Made by a program: the position numbers and the translations under genes. From the human T2T-CHM13v2.0 reference genome, Homo sapiens: a stretch of DNA of 64,000 bases. Under the pieces are notes generated by a model. The model did not search any database. It was not told the DNA's origin and was given only the letters and a program-made list of their open reading frames with translations. Below, piece by piece: positions 1 through 19,700 of the stretch (position 1 is the first letter of the stretch; the number at the start of each line of letters is the position of its first letter). Location: the NCBI RefSeq assembly GCF_009914755.1, contig NC_060936.1; one strand, given 5' to 3'.

Positions 1-105
1 ATGATATGAAGAAAATCTTAAAGGCAACGTGTAAAAAAGGACATACTGCATTTGTTACCGGAAACAATGATAAGAATAACCACTGCATTATCATAAGAAA
101 CCAAA
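1..105 (+). mobile_element. Possible ancient L1 ORF1 relic (L1M/L1ME)
   Basis: GAAAATCTTAAAGGCA...GGAAACAATGATAAGAATAACCACTGCATTATCATAAGAAACCA resembles the ILKAAR...IRLTADFSSET region of L1 ORF1; very degenerate. Confidence 0.3.
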
Positions 106-288
106 TGGTGATAATTTATAAAATATATTCAAATATAATTATGTTTATTTTGTGAGCATACACAATTTTTAAAATGTCTTCACATTATTTGAGAAAATAT
201 GTAAGATCTCTTTCTCCCTAAAAGAATGTCTTTCCTTGTCAGTTTCTGCTCCTAAACTATTCATGTTTAAATTATTTTGGTTGAAATT

Positions 289-923
289 TGTGATCATTGT
301 TTTCAAGTGTCAACTTGACTGGGTTAAGAGATACTCAAACAGCTGGTAAAGCATTATTTCTGGATATGTCTATGAGGGTGTTTCTGGAAGAGACTGGCAT
401 TCGAATCAGTGAACTAAGATCTGTCCTCACCCAATGTGGACACACCCCATCTAGTTGGCTGAGGGCCTGGATAGAACACAAAGGGAGAGGAAAGGTAAAT
501 TGACTCTCTGTCTCTCTTTTCCAGAGTGGGGACACCTTTCTTCTCCTACATCTTGTACAACAGAACTCCAAGTTCTCTGGCCTTTGGACTCTGGAATTTG
601 CACCAGCTCTTCCCCAAGGTTCTCCTGTCTTTGGCCTCAGCCTGCGAGTTACATCATTAGCTTCACTGATTCTGATACTTTAAGAGTTGGACTGAGCAAC
701 GTTACAAGTTTCACTGGTATTTCAGCTTTTGGATGGCTTTTGGTCAGACTTCTCAGCCTCCATAATTGCATAATCCAATTCCCTTTATAAAGCCCCATTA
801 TATCTATCTATCTATCTATCTGTCTGTCTGTCTGTCTGTCTGTCTAACTATCATCTATCTATCTATCTATACAATGTGTATGCATAGCCTATTGGTTCTG
901 TCTACCTGGAGAACTCTAATACA
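289..923 (+). mobile_element. MLT2-family solo LTR (ERVL)
   Basis: Starts TGTGAT...GTGTCAACTTGACTGGG, ends CTATTGGTTCTGTCTACCTGGAGAACTCTAATACA; TG..CA termini; 5-bp TSD AAATT (284-288) / AAAGT (924-928). Confidence 0.9.
801..870. repeat. Compound (TATC)n(TGTC)n microsatellite inside the MLT2 LTR
   Basis: Directly visible tetranucleotide runs. Confidence 0.95.
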
Positions 924-1699
924 AAAGTATTTTAAGGTAAAATATATTTCAATCAAATAGTTAAATTTATGAAAATTAAATGCAGAAAATATTTTTCAGT
1001 ATTTTTTGCCATTTTGAGAGATTATGTATCCAGTTGTTTTTTTCTGGAGAAACAGTTGAGAGAAGACAGAAAAATATAGTAATTTTAGTAATAAAACAAG
1101 TTATATAGTAGAATACAGGGGCAAATATTGATCACTAGCACCCTCAATCTCAGCATATATATTAAGCGTAAAAATAAAGCCCATATTGTGCTCTCAAGTT
1201 TATCCTTAAACTGCTGTAAATTTCTATTCCATGGGCACAAACTTTCTACTGCTTACATCTCCCCAGACATGCATATTCAGCTGTGTCCTCTTAAAGCTAA
1301 TTATATATATATTATTCAACATCCCTGGTGTTTTTGTTATAATATTAAAGCTTTCAGGTATAAATATTAACTATGATTATATAATTGTATAATTTTAGGC
1401 TTCAGCCATAAGAGGAATCCAAGGAACGGCAGGCTGTTTCTTGTGTCCCTGAACTCATTCTATATAGGAAATTACTTACTCAATACATGCATTAAGTTAA
1501 ATAAAGAATGAATATTACAGGTTAACAGGCAGCCAGGAAAGACGGGTAATTAAAGGATACATCTGAATGCAAATTAAGCACACATCATAAGGACCATGAT
1601 AAAGTATGATTTAACTAAACAGAAGAATCTAGAATCAAGAAAAGTAGGAGCACATAATAGGCCCGTAGATGAGACACACAAATGAATTTACTTACATTC

Positions 1700-2270
1700 A
1701 TGATTTTGATGAATACCAGTTGTAGGGTAAAAATAGTATTGTGAGTGAAAATAATTCTACAACCACAGAAACTAGTTCAGTATTTTCATTAAAAGTTGAA
1801 ATAATCCATATCCTGTGACCAGCAATTTCATACCTAGGTAAATACATTACAGAAACTATTGTAGTTGTGAACAGAAGATGTGTACAAAAATGTTTTTAAC
1901 ATCAACACTGTTTAAAGCAAAAATAAATATTTGTGTAGTAAAAATGAATTGTAGATTCATCATTATCACCAATGAACATAAAATTGAAACCTAAATAAAC
2001 AAATCACAGAGGAATACATGAGAAATGATTTAATTAATTCAAAATTTCAAATAAAACTAAGCCATATATGTTGTTGTCTTACATGCTATTATGAGATGAT
2101 ACAAATGAGATTAATACCATAAATCAAACTAAGGGAATGAGTTCCACAAAGTAACGAAGGTATTTTCTTTTGAAGTTTAGGAGAGAAATGTGATTGGAGG
2201 AGGACATATGGAAGGCTTGAAATGAACAGATAGTTTCTCTCTTTAAGCTGGGCACGTAGTAAGTACATGT
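1700..2270 (+). mobile_element. Ancient L1 (L1ME-like) 3' fragment
   Basis: CCATATCCTGTGACCAGCAATTTCATACCTAGGTAAATAC...TGTACAAAAATGTTTTTAACA matches a degenerate L1 ORF2 end / 3' UTR. Confidence 0.55.
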
Positions 2271-2319
2271 TTTTTGTTGTTCTTTTGTTTGCTTTTGCTT
2301 GGAAATATTTTGACAGTCT

Positions 2320-2500
2320 GTAGGGTGTGGTGTTTGAAAACATGGCGTGGTTAAGTTAAATAGACTTAATTTAAACTGCTTTCACTACTTACTAGCTTGT
2401 AGCTTTCAGCAAATTACTTAAACCCTTTGGGCCTCAGTTTGCTCACCTGGCTGTCAATTGGGAATAACTCATGACATTATTTTGAGAATAAAATGATTGA
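2320..2500 (+). mobile_element. MIR SINE
   Basis: MIR core CACTACTTACTAGCTTGT...CAAATTACTTAAACCCTTTGGGCCTCAGTTTGCTCACCTG. Confidence 0.75.
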
Positions 2501-3217
2501 TAGATAGATAGATAATTAAAATATGGCACAAAGAAATAACTCTTTGAGGTTAAGCTGATATTATTGGTAATTTTTGTAGGTATTATAAGTATCTCTTTTG
2601 GAGACTACATTTTAACTTATATGGCATGTTTTTCCCTGTTTTAATTTAAAATCTTTCTAAAATTACACATCTTCTGGTACGCTCACAGAGTATTTTTCTA
2701 TCAAAAAATTTATTATAGAAGCTCAACTAATAAACAGTATAATTTAACTGTCTTTGGTATGAATTATATTGAATTTCACATACGTTATCATAAAAATTTG
2801 TCTTATACTAGTCTAATAGATTTAATAGTGACAATAATTATCAACAGTATTAATGTGTTAAAAGATATTTAATAAAGTGAAATGACAATCTCGAATTTTA
2901 ATTTGAAGCACTTTTGAAAAAGTATGTTAACTTACTGAACGACTATCTGCATATTGAAATATATTTAGTTGTTATGGAAGCAATTTGCATAATCAGAAAA
3001 GTAGAGAATTATATAGTAAACATTTTTATATTCACTATCATAATGTAAGATACATGTTTAATAACTTATTTTAATTTTTTTGAAAAGTGAAATGTAACTG
3101 ATAACTATGTGGTTACTTTTATTTTCATTCACATACCTCTATTCTACCTAAGAAGCAACCATGATCATGAATTTGGTGAATAAGCATCTTAGGTCTATAT
3201 ATGTGTATGCATGTGAA

Positions 3218-3223
3218 TATCTA

Positions 3224-3254
<31 letters not shown>

Positions 3255-3273
3255 ATATACACACACACACACA
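3218..3273. repeat. (TATC)n/(TA)n/(CA)n compound microsatellite
   Basis: Directly visible. Confidence 0.9.
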
Positions 3274-4371
3274 AATACTTGGATATGTGTTCATATGAAA
3301 TATATATCATGCTTCTGTGATTTCTGACAAATTATATAATTATATTATGCTACAAATATCTTTATGAAACCCTATTTTTCATTTAATAATATTTTTGAAA
3401 TTTTGTTAACAGATATGTATCTATTTTTACTGGTATATTGGTATATAGTGACCATCTTTTATTTAATGATTCCCTACTACAAAGTATTCAGGTGGTCTAT
3501 AATTTTTCATAGGTCCAAATCATGCCAAAATGAACATAATTATGCATATTAACTTATAAACTTATATGACATTTTATCTAAAATAAAATTAATTTTGTCT
3601 CCCAAAAGAAAATTATATTCCTGTATAAAAACATGAAATATTTATTTTCTTTTTTCTTAAAGATTAGAAATGGACACATTTAGATAGGGAAGCTTTTATG
3701 TTAGTTCTGATTGAGTCTTCCTGAATGGCAATCACAAATAATTGGTATATTTACCAATTCCATTAAAAGATGAATGCTTTATTCACTAAATCATGGCCAA
3801 TTCTACTAAAATATATTAATTTTTAGGTGACGTTATTTTGAAAATGATATTGCTTGAATAATTTAGTTTCATTTTATCCTATTGTTTATTAAAATGGTAA
3901 AATTAAGTCTAATTTCCCCATAAAGGAAAAGTAAATATATAGAAATTTATTTTATACTAATAAAATTATAGTTATTTCTACCAAAAAATAGACATGCCTA
4001 GTTTTGTGAAAAGCAAACCTGACTTTGATCTCTCACTACTAAACACAATCCAAGATATGTCTGCAACTCTTAAAAAAAGAGACAGATTCAACATGTATTA
4101 CATTAATGACATCTTGACATAAATATTTAGATTGTGAAAGAAATACACAATTAATACTCCATAAATTATAGTTAAAGTGTAATTATGAGCGTTTGGGGAG
4201 GATATGTAGTCATTTGATATGACGCATTTTGGTCTTGCTTTAGCCAAAACCAAAGTTTGAACACTCTCCAAATAAAAATCTAAGATTTTGGAAACCAACT
4301 TCACATATGTAAATTTTCTTCCCTACACTATTCAGAATACAACTTGATGGGTCAGAATAGAAATTCCATAG

Positions 4372-4527
4372 TCTTTTTTTTTAATTATTATTATACTTTA
4401 AGTTCTAGGGTTTATGTGCACAACGTGCAGGTTTATTACATACGTATACTTGTGCCATGTTGGTGTGCCGTACCCATTAACTCGTTATTTACATTAGGTA
4501 TATCTCCTAATGTTATCCCTACCCCCT
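4372..4527 (-). mobile_element. Very short 5'-truncated L1PA 3' end (~155 bp)
   Basis: T-rich tail then TTATACTTTAAGTTCTAGGG...CACAACGTGCAGG...CATTAGGTATATCTCCTAATG, the antisense L1PA 3' UTR. Confidence 0.9.
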
Positions 4528-4760
4528 TATGTGATCCTGGGTTGGATCCTGTGCTAGAAAAAGAATGTTAGTACAACAAAGGGAGAAATTTGAATAAGGT
4601 CTTTAGATGAGATAACAGTATTGTATCAATGTTTGATCATTGTACTGTGATTATATAAGATGTTAATAATTGGGAAATCTGGGAGAAGGGTGTATAAGAA
4701 ATAATTGCACTAATTTTCCAACAGTGTGAAAGTAATTCAAAATGAAAGGTTAAAAATGAA
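4528..4760 (+). mobile_element. L1MC/MD-type 3' UTR fragment
   Basis: GATCCTGGGTTGGATCCTG...GAAATTTGAATAAGGTCT...GTATTGTATCAATG...TTGTACTGTGATTATATAAGATGTTAA. Confidence 0.65.
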
Positions 4761-4782
4761 AGTATGGTGCCTGAATTCTAGT

Positions 4783-5165
4783 CAAAATATTCATCAACTG
4801 ATGGTAATTAACAAAATGTAGCATGTCTATAACTAGACAATCGAATATTATTCATCTCTAAAAAGAACTGAAGTACTGACATGGGCTATAATATGATGAA
4901 CCTTGAAAACATGCTACGTGAAAGACACCAGGCACAAAATATCACACTGTATGATTGCATTTATGTGAAATGTCCAGAATGGGAAAATACATATATAGAG
5001 AAAGTAGATTAGTATTTGACAGGGGTTGGGGGCTCAAGGGGAATTGAGAGTGACTGCTCATGGATATGGGGTGGCTTATGAGGGTGACAAAAATGTTCTA
5101 AGATTAGATAGTGGTGACAGTTGCACAACTATGTAAATATATTAAAAACTTCTGGACTGTTAAAA
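4783..5165 (+). mobile_element. L1MB-type 3' fragment
   Basis: ATGAACCTTGAAAACATGCTACGTGAAAGACACCAGGCACAAAA...AAATGTTCTAAGATTAGATAGTGGTGACAGTTGCACAAC. Confidence 0.75.
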
Positions 5166-5299
5166 AGAAAGAAATTCCAACAATAATTCATTTGTTAGTT
5201 TGGACTTTTCTCCACAGGATGAGGAAAAAGTATCCCAAAAGAAATGCATTATTTTTATTTAAGTGTTATAGCTTCCTTAAGTATTACCATGAAAATTAG

Positions 5300-9490
<4,191 letters not shown>

Positions 9491-12452
9491 CTTCACCTAT
9501 ACATTTTCAACTGGTGACACATTTATATCACAATTTTATTTTCAGGGTACATACAATAAAACTAGAATAAAATAGTTTTTACACAGATACATATTTCTGG
9601 ATTTTGGCATAAATAGCATTAATGATACATAAGAAATTATAAACTTCAGACACTGGCTATAAACAATTTACATTTAATTTGGTTATATAAGCTATGTATA
9701 CTTTTTCCTCCTGTTTATTTATGGATTGTTTAATTTTTGTTTTTAAGATCAAAAGCCACAGAAAAACATATCAAGTATCACAAATGCAAAGTTTTAAAAA
9801 ATGGCAAATTAGTGGTAATAAGTAATAGTTGCCATTAAAGTCACAAGCACTTAGCTGGACAAAAGGACGCTAAGAAAACTTTATTTAGCCTAGTCCACAA
9901 AATTATAATACAGTTATGCCTTAGAGAAATATAAAATAAGACTACTTACATAGATTTTGGAAATGCTATTCCAAATAATAAAAAAAAAGATCATGAACAA
10001 TTGGGGTAAAGATAAAAGTAATTTTCCTCTTGATTGATACACATTGCCAATATTAACTAGGTATGTGAACTTATATTTTCAATATAAATTAGTTTTACAC
10101 CAGAATCAAATAGCTGTTTCACAACCTTAACTCAATGAATCTTTATTAATCCTTATCTGAAAACCAAAATTGTATTTCAAAGTCCAGGTTTGACTGGATG
10201 AAACCATGAGTTTGCATATATTTGTTTATTTAATGTTCTTTTAGTCTATCGCCTCATTCAGATTATGACTGATGACCTGGGTAACAAATGAAATGATAAA
10301 GTATCAGGTCCGACATACTTAGAGAAAAAAAAAAAAAGAATTAAGATACAGGTTCTAAATAAATGAAGTTATTTAACCCTGGTTTCGTTTTCCTTTTTTC
10401 TTCACTAACCATGGGACAGCCAGAGTTTTCTGTGCTATTCCCAAACCAGCTTGCAGAGCAAATAGGGCATTGAAAAGTGCCAAAAGAAAAATAAAAACAC
10501 ACATTACAATGATAATTACCATCTTGTTAAAACACAGTATAATAAGGTTCCAATTTGGTCCATAGCTTTTGTTACATAAAATGACGCTTAAACCACCGTA
10601 AAAGGACTGATCCACATGCTACTGTATTTAATATTATACCAATGTATTTTCAGAGCAAAATAATTAAAATACTTAAGTTAGCCAACAAATCGCCCTGCTA
10701 AAAATTCCCCAGTAAATTTCTTAATATATAAATAACAAAATAACAATAACAAATAATAAATTGTTTATAATAATTAACAAATAATAATAACATATAATAC
10801 AATAATAATTATGGTATGGTATCTATGGTGTACTTATCCCTGCTTGCATTATTTAGTTAAGTTTGAAAATTACTGTAAAGTGGAAATCCCAATGAAGAGT
10901 CTCTAAAATTTTAATGATATGAATAACTATTGTGAAATTAATAATTATCCTTGTCATATTACTGTTGAAAGTTAAAATATTAGGTATTAATTTGGAATAA
11001 TTAAATAATAGAAACAATTCACATGTAGGTTAAAGTAACTGCTACCAAAAAGGATTACAATCACAAGCACAACTTATTCTCTTTGATCTTCTATTGAATT
11101 GCTATGTAATATAAATTTAATCACATTATTCTGCATATATATTATTTGCTAATTTACAGAAACACAGCCATAATATAATGTTTAAAACATTAAGCTATTT
11201 TTGGAATCATGTGTTAAATATTTTAATTAAAATTAACATGCATGTTAGAGAAATTTAATAACATGTACATGGATATTGATTGTTTTCCCAATGAGAAATT
11301 TAAAAGTAATCCAACTCAGACCAATAAAATATGTATTTTAAATATTCTAAAGAATATTCTAACACACTAAGACTAATCAATTTCCAAAATTCTAAAATAT
11401 TTACATTTAAGTTATAATTTTAAATTTGCTAAGCCATAGTAATAACTATCCTGGAATGAAATGTAGTTTTATACATAGAAGCACAATATTAACAATGAAA
11501 ACATGAGCCTTTTTCCACTTTTCTAGTACAATATATTATTTGGTAAGCAGCTTGACACTTAGCTTTATTTCCCAGGAAATACTAATTTTTTTCTCTTCTC
11601 GTTACACCAGCTTATCCATTATAGGGATTAATGAGATGCTGGATATAAGATATTTTGAGGTCCCAATAGGATATGAGTAAGTTGCTGTTCAGAATTTTCT
11701 GAGTATTCAAAAATATTATGCATTGTAGCAGCAATATATTCATTTACAATTTGGTCTTTGCTACCCATGAACTTAGCTTCCTGCGTGTTACAAATGCATC
11801 GGCAGTATTGGTTTTAGAATTATTTCTAGAACTCAGGGTTTATATTGATTAGCCTTCTAAGAGAGTTTTTGTTTCTTGGAGGAATTTCACAGCTGGAAAA
11901 AATGCAATAAAGAAATTAGTAAAATAACAAACTTCTTTAGAACTTATGTTTATCCTTAAGATACTATTTTGGCACCAAGTCGGAGGAAAGTAAGAGAATA
12001 TTTAAACTACCACTCATTATGCCCCATTTTCTTTTATTCTTCTAACTCATATTAAATACTAAACAGATTTTATATCCTAGTTTTTATTTTTTGAATGTTG
12101 GATAAATTATATCTTTCTCATTTCCACACTATATTTCACTTTAAGCTCTAAAAATTACCTAAAATCAGCAAAATGACATAAAAAAAGAATATTAGAAAAC
12201 TTTCATTGCAGAATTGGACTTTAAGTTTCAGTGGTTATTAATGCCTCATTGGAAGATTGAATTGGCCATTAAGCTTCCTTTCCATTATATTATCTTCATG
12301 GAATTGTATAATTTAGGCATAATAATAAGGAAAATAGTGGTCATTGCTCAAAATCTATTCAAAACCCCTCTATATAAGAATAGAAAACAAAAAAATAATG
12401 ACTATACTACTGATGACTCAAATTTTGAATTGTGTGCATTTTGGAGGACTAA

Positions 12453-12867
<415 letters not shown>

Positions 12868-13349
12868 TGAGTACAGGTAGGTTTTAGACTGATGGTAGTC
12901 TAAAGTAATAGCTGAATACATACCTGCAAGCAATAAAAAATAAATATGCTTTTAACATGACGCTTTTAGAGTACCCAAATGAGTTAACATCTAAAACTGA
13001 AACATTAGCCAAAATGCGTGATCATAAGTTTTCTATGAGGAAAGATATTATTAAAGAACATATCAGATGCCGTAAGAATATTTCTCTTCAGAGTTAGGCC
13101 ACAACTCTGGTACATGATAATATTGTGTTATAGAACACTGACAGAAGCCAAAAGCTAACCAAATAATAAAAATGAAGGCATATACCATTATCTGGAATAA
13201 TGTTAGTTCAGCAATAAGCAACATGGGAAATAGTATCCAAAAAACAGACCTTTAGCATTATAGGTAGTATGAAGAAAAGTATGGTGAGAAGAGACATTTA
13301 CCACTTTGGGATGCAAATTAGGCACACTTCTTAGAGTAATGAGGCATTT

Positions 13350-13574
13350 AATGAGAATGATGTTCTTAACTAACATAGGATCTGTGTTCCAGGAATTATT
13401 CTAAGTGCTTTTCGTGCATCATACCATTAAATCACATCATCCTATGAAATAGGAACTATTATTACCTCCATTGTACATATGAGAAAACCGAGGGTTAGAT
13501 ACATAAGCAGCTTATTCTAGTCATATCACTAGAGGTAGAACTAGAATTTAAATGCAGGCAATTTGAAGCCAGAG
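13350..13574 (-). mobile_element. MIR SINE
   Basis: CCTATGAAATAGGAACTATTATTACCTCCATTGTACATATGAGAAAACCGAGG...AGAACTAGAATTTAAATGCAGG is an antisense MIR core. Confidence 0.75.
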
Positions 13575-13576
13575 AT

Positions 13577-14111
13577 TAGACGACTCAGAACATGATACCC
13601 AAAAATATGGCATTTTTACATATTTGGTATTTTAAGCTGAAGGAAATTGAGGAAACAACAGAAGCAGAAAGATCATTCTGTTACTTTCTTCCACCTGTCT
13701 GTGTGAAGACAGGCCATAGAGAATTCTCGGACCTACTTCCACTGAAAGTTCATCATAAGACACTCATGTGACAGATGTCCTGCCCTATATCCAGAGGAAA
13801 GAAATGAAAGCACAGAGATACCAAGAAGAATTTGAATAGACAGGCCTTGCTAAGTTTCTCTGTTTATTACCATTAGATCATAACTCCTTTTGTCCAATCA
13901 TATTTCTATACAATTCTCCAGTCTTCATTGAATATAAGCTTAAAATAGTTTTCCCTGAGTTATTGGACCTTTATTTCTGACAGCTCCTGGGTCATGTAAA
14001 AATTTGGCTAAATAAATGTTATATGCCTTTCTTCCATTAACCTGTGGTTTGCTATAAGGGTGTCAGCAGTGAACCTTGTGATGGGTGAGGAAAATAGATT
14101 TCTTCTCTATA
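13577..14111 (+). mobile_element. ERV1-class solo LTR (MER31/MER92/LTR37-like group)
   Basis: Start motif CAGAACATGATACCCAAAAATATGGCATTTTT...TATTTTAAGCTGAAGGAAATTGAG, internal GACAGGCCTTGCTAAG, AATAAA near the 3' end; subfamily uncertain. Confidence 0.7.
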
Positions 14112-15369
14112 GAGTTTTGTCCATTTCACAATAGTATCTCCTCATAAACTCAGTATTTAGTTGAGCCAACTTTGAGAAACAACTTAACCAGAAACATTGG
14201 TTGAGGCAAGGATGATGGAATATTTAGTCACACATTTTTAGGTAGTTGTCAAATGGCACTCAAATAGGAGCAAGCCCAGGCAGGAAGAGTAGGGTGATGG
14301 ATATTCTAGGCAGGTTATGAGTTAAGGAGTGTGTCGGTAAATCATGTATCTTTCAGAAAATGTATTTATAGGCAGAAGGACCTAGATACTGAGATAATTA
14401 GATTCTTCAAGTAGAAAGATCTCTTAAAAACATCAGGATAAGATGAGGGATGAAGGGACAGAAAATTTAAAAAGCAATTTTTGCAGTATGATGATTTAAA
14501 AAAATTAATTACTTGGTAGTCCTAGACATTTTAAGAAATTCTAAGAGAACCAAAACATAACCTCTTCCTTTATGTAACCTATAGTCCAGCATGGTAAACG
14601 ATTTATGCATAAAAGGAACTTTAAAATTACTGATTGTTGGTCTATCTAATCATAAGTGTTCTTAGAATATGAGAAATTCAGTTCTGCTTTCAAGATCTGA
14701 TATATTGTATAAAAGTTATTCTAAGATGAAGAACATGGTTCACCAAGCCTCTGAGAAGTTATGAGTGAAACTTAGATAACAGTACCTTCTCATTTCCAGT
14801 ATGTCCTCAGTATTTCTCCCATTCCCACATGTCTATCTATCTTTTGTGATGAGATCAACACCACATTGGGTTTTGGTGTTAGGACACAAAAATGCTTGTA
14901 TACGTTTTAGTATTTTAAATTACAAGGGCAGTAAATATTGTGATTTTTGACACTATAAAATTATGGTTTAGTGCTAATTGCCAGTTTACAACATAATTTC
15001 CTTATTAATGCCTACTAATTGTCAATTAAGTGCTCATAGAGAATGGATTTTAAAACCGAAAACGATGAATGCATTCTTCTTCATTAGGGTGGAAGTGAGA
15101 TCATTTACCATGCTATTAGGCTAGTGGGAAGTGCAATATTTCATCAAAGGCCAGTAATAATCTGCAGACCTCAAGTTGCTTCAGATATCAACTGGCATTT
15201 ACCATCTCTGCCAAAATTTGAATGAACCCTTATAATAGGAGTCAGACTGAAGTACATGACACCATGGTTAGTGATAACTGGTGTTAATTTTTATCAAGTA
15301 CCTGATAGCTTCTAAGTCTTGACTTTAAATAAATCTTTTAAACAGATAATTGCATGATTAAAAACTGGG

Positions 15370-17100
<1,731 letters not shown>

Positions 17101-17369
17101 AAAAATAGAACAATTTTTTAATAATGTCCCAAAATTTTAAAATGGCAGAAATAATTTATATTGCCTTATTGAGTATATGTAAAGTAATATACCCAAGTAT
17201 ATGATGAGATGAGTTGTTATGATGATAATGGTAATGGTAATAAAGCAACTATAAAAAAGATGAATTTATTATTAAGATTGACCTTAAGGCTATGTGCTTA
17301 CAAAAGACAACTATACTTCTTTTTTTGGATGAAATATGTTGGCAAGTTTTTACTCTTATATATCCATTT

Positions 17370-17920
17370 CTTTATTCAAGAAAATATTATTGGTATGTAC
17401 TGAAGTGCAGATAATTTGCTCACACTAAGGATAAAAATATAATAATCTATTTCCTGACCCTAATGTTGAAGAACTTAAATATAATAAAGTGAATGTTATA
17501 AGAAAGAAAACGAACAGCTAATGAAAAAATGAAATTTGGAAAACTAAATAATGCATCTATCATAGAGCACAGAAGAAAGACTGCTTTGTAATGCTAGGGA
17601 ATTCAGAGGGAACTTCACAGAAAAGGCAGTTATTGAGGAGTTTCTTGAACAATCAGTCAGAATTTTGCCACGTGGGCAAGGATTAGAAGACATTATACTT
17701 ATAGGTTATAAGATTTGTTAAGAATGAATGAGAAAGACCAGGATAATTATGAGGTATAAATTGTGTAGGATTTGTAAACTGTAGAATGTAAGAAGGGGAA
17801 TTATAGGAAGTAAAGCAGACATACAAGCAAGGACCAAGTCACACAAGGCTTTCCAGACTGCGTGTTTGAGGAGATCCAACATGAATATTGTGGAATACAT
17901 TTCTGGAACCTATAGTAATG
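17370..17920 (-). mobile_element. L2 LINE fragments
   Basis: TTTATTCAAGAAAATATTATTGGTATGTACTGAAGTGCAG resembles an antisense L2 3' terminus; downstream purine-rich L2-like blocks. Confidence 0.45.
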
Positions 17921-19439
17921 TAGCTTTTTAAGGGGACTAGTGTTCTCTTGTAAGAAGTCAGCTGGAGGAAATAAAGATAAAAGCATGTAAATTTTTATTT
18001 AAGAAAGCTAGTTGTCAAAGAAGAGGAACAATAATCAGTAGAACACGATGCTGTCTTGAATACTTCAGGAGGTTTTAGGCAACTCTGAGTATCCTGATTT
18101 TCAAAACCTTGAAATACTTCCTACTTACTCTGCTTTACCTGAAAAAACAAAACAAAACAAAATCCAAAAATAAAAACACCATTATCTTGTAGACAAAATT
18201 ACCACTTCTCAAATCTTCCCCTCGTTAGAAACCACTTAATAATTTACAGTTTCATAACAGAATATCCACCACCAGAAAATATTCACCACCTCTTGTTGAC
18301 ATCACCTGATAACATAACTTGTGGAACAAGGAGAAACATGCTTTTATGTAGTTAATATGCACACATAGTAGACAATGGTCATTAAGCCCACCAAAGCACA
18401 ACAATCAACAACTTCAGTGAAGTTTCTGAGAAGCTGAACTATATAAAGTAAAAAAAAAAAAAAAAAAAGCTATTTATATTAAACCATGTGGTCACTAGGA
18501 TCTCTTGCAAGAGATTGAGAAAGGACATTGGTTGAGTTCATTTGGTTGATCAAAACTGTAATCCAGAAAATCCAAAATAAGTATGATCTTAACACTATAA
18601 ATAAAAGGCAGGATTTGTAGGCATATTAAGCTTTGTAATTATCTAAATACATGTTTGAGAAAATAACTAGCAAGCTATGACTTTACAACTAACTTCATTC
18701 ATTGAAATGTTTTCTATATCTATAATTTAATCTAATGAACAAAACCCCTCCTATTCCCCATGCTTAATCATACATGCATATGAATATGAAAAATTTGTTT
18801 TCATAGTTTGGTGATTAAATGAAATATATGCAACATTCCAAGCAGATTGGGTTGAACCATTTCCTTCCACACAGATGTTTTGGTACCAAGTTGACGGTAT
18901 TTCTTTTTATAGTATAGAGCAATGTAATTTTATAGTTCATTGCTGAGCATTTCATTAAATCATAAAATAATAATAATTCAATTAAATCATCAAAGAGTAT
19001 ATTGTGATAATTCTAATTATGTTGTAACAGCCTCATTACTATAATTAGTCTTAGATAACCAACATGATTGGGCCCTAGTAAGATGAGATTTAATTGGCTC
19101 ATTTCCATAATTGGAGCTAGCCTATTTAACTTATCACTTTTCTCTTTTAAAAACAAAGTTGTCTCATTTTCACAGAATAAGCTTTTTGAATCAGATATGA
19201 GATGTAGAATTTCAGTGAAACTTAAGCACTGGTCTCCATTTATCCCTGAGATTAAACCCAATGGACCTCCTCCTTAATTTTAATTACTGATCCAGGATGT
19301 AATACACGTTTTGCCTCTGGCATTTCTAGATAATTCAGCTCTGTCTGTCTCTGGGGTTTTAGTCTTTAAAAACAAAAAGAAAAAGGCGGAGTAATTTCTC
19401 CTCACATGGACATTAAAATAATAAAATCAGGTTATAGAT

Positions 19440-19700
19440 TTCTAAACATATGACATTTCCAAACTTAATTTCTAAAATGCCATAATGGTTCTGCTAAAGC
19501 TCTGGTAATTTAGGATTTGTGTGTATGGTATTCTGATTACTGGAGTTAAGACAATATCCTTATTAGCAGCTGCCTGGCCAAATTCAGTGTCACTGAGGAT
19601 CTTAGTGATGCTCTCTGATATGAAATGTGGAGTCAACTCATCAAGAAGAGCAGTAAAAGATTCAGGAAATGGCCTACTGATAATGCTTCATCTGTAAACA
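19440..19700 (-). mobile_element. Possible CR1/L3 reverse-transcriptase relic
   Basis: Minus-strand frame reads LDELTPHFISESITKILSDTEFGQAAANKD, loosely resembling the CR1 RT region LDEG.E..L.KFADDTKLGG.A. Confidence 0.3.

Noticed and set aside
10725-10810. Degenerate AATAAC/AATAAT repeats
   Set aside because: Ordinary AT low-complexity sequence with no stable period.
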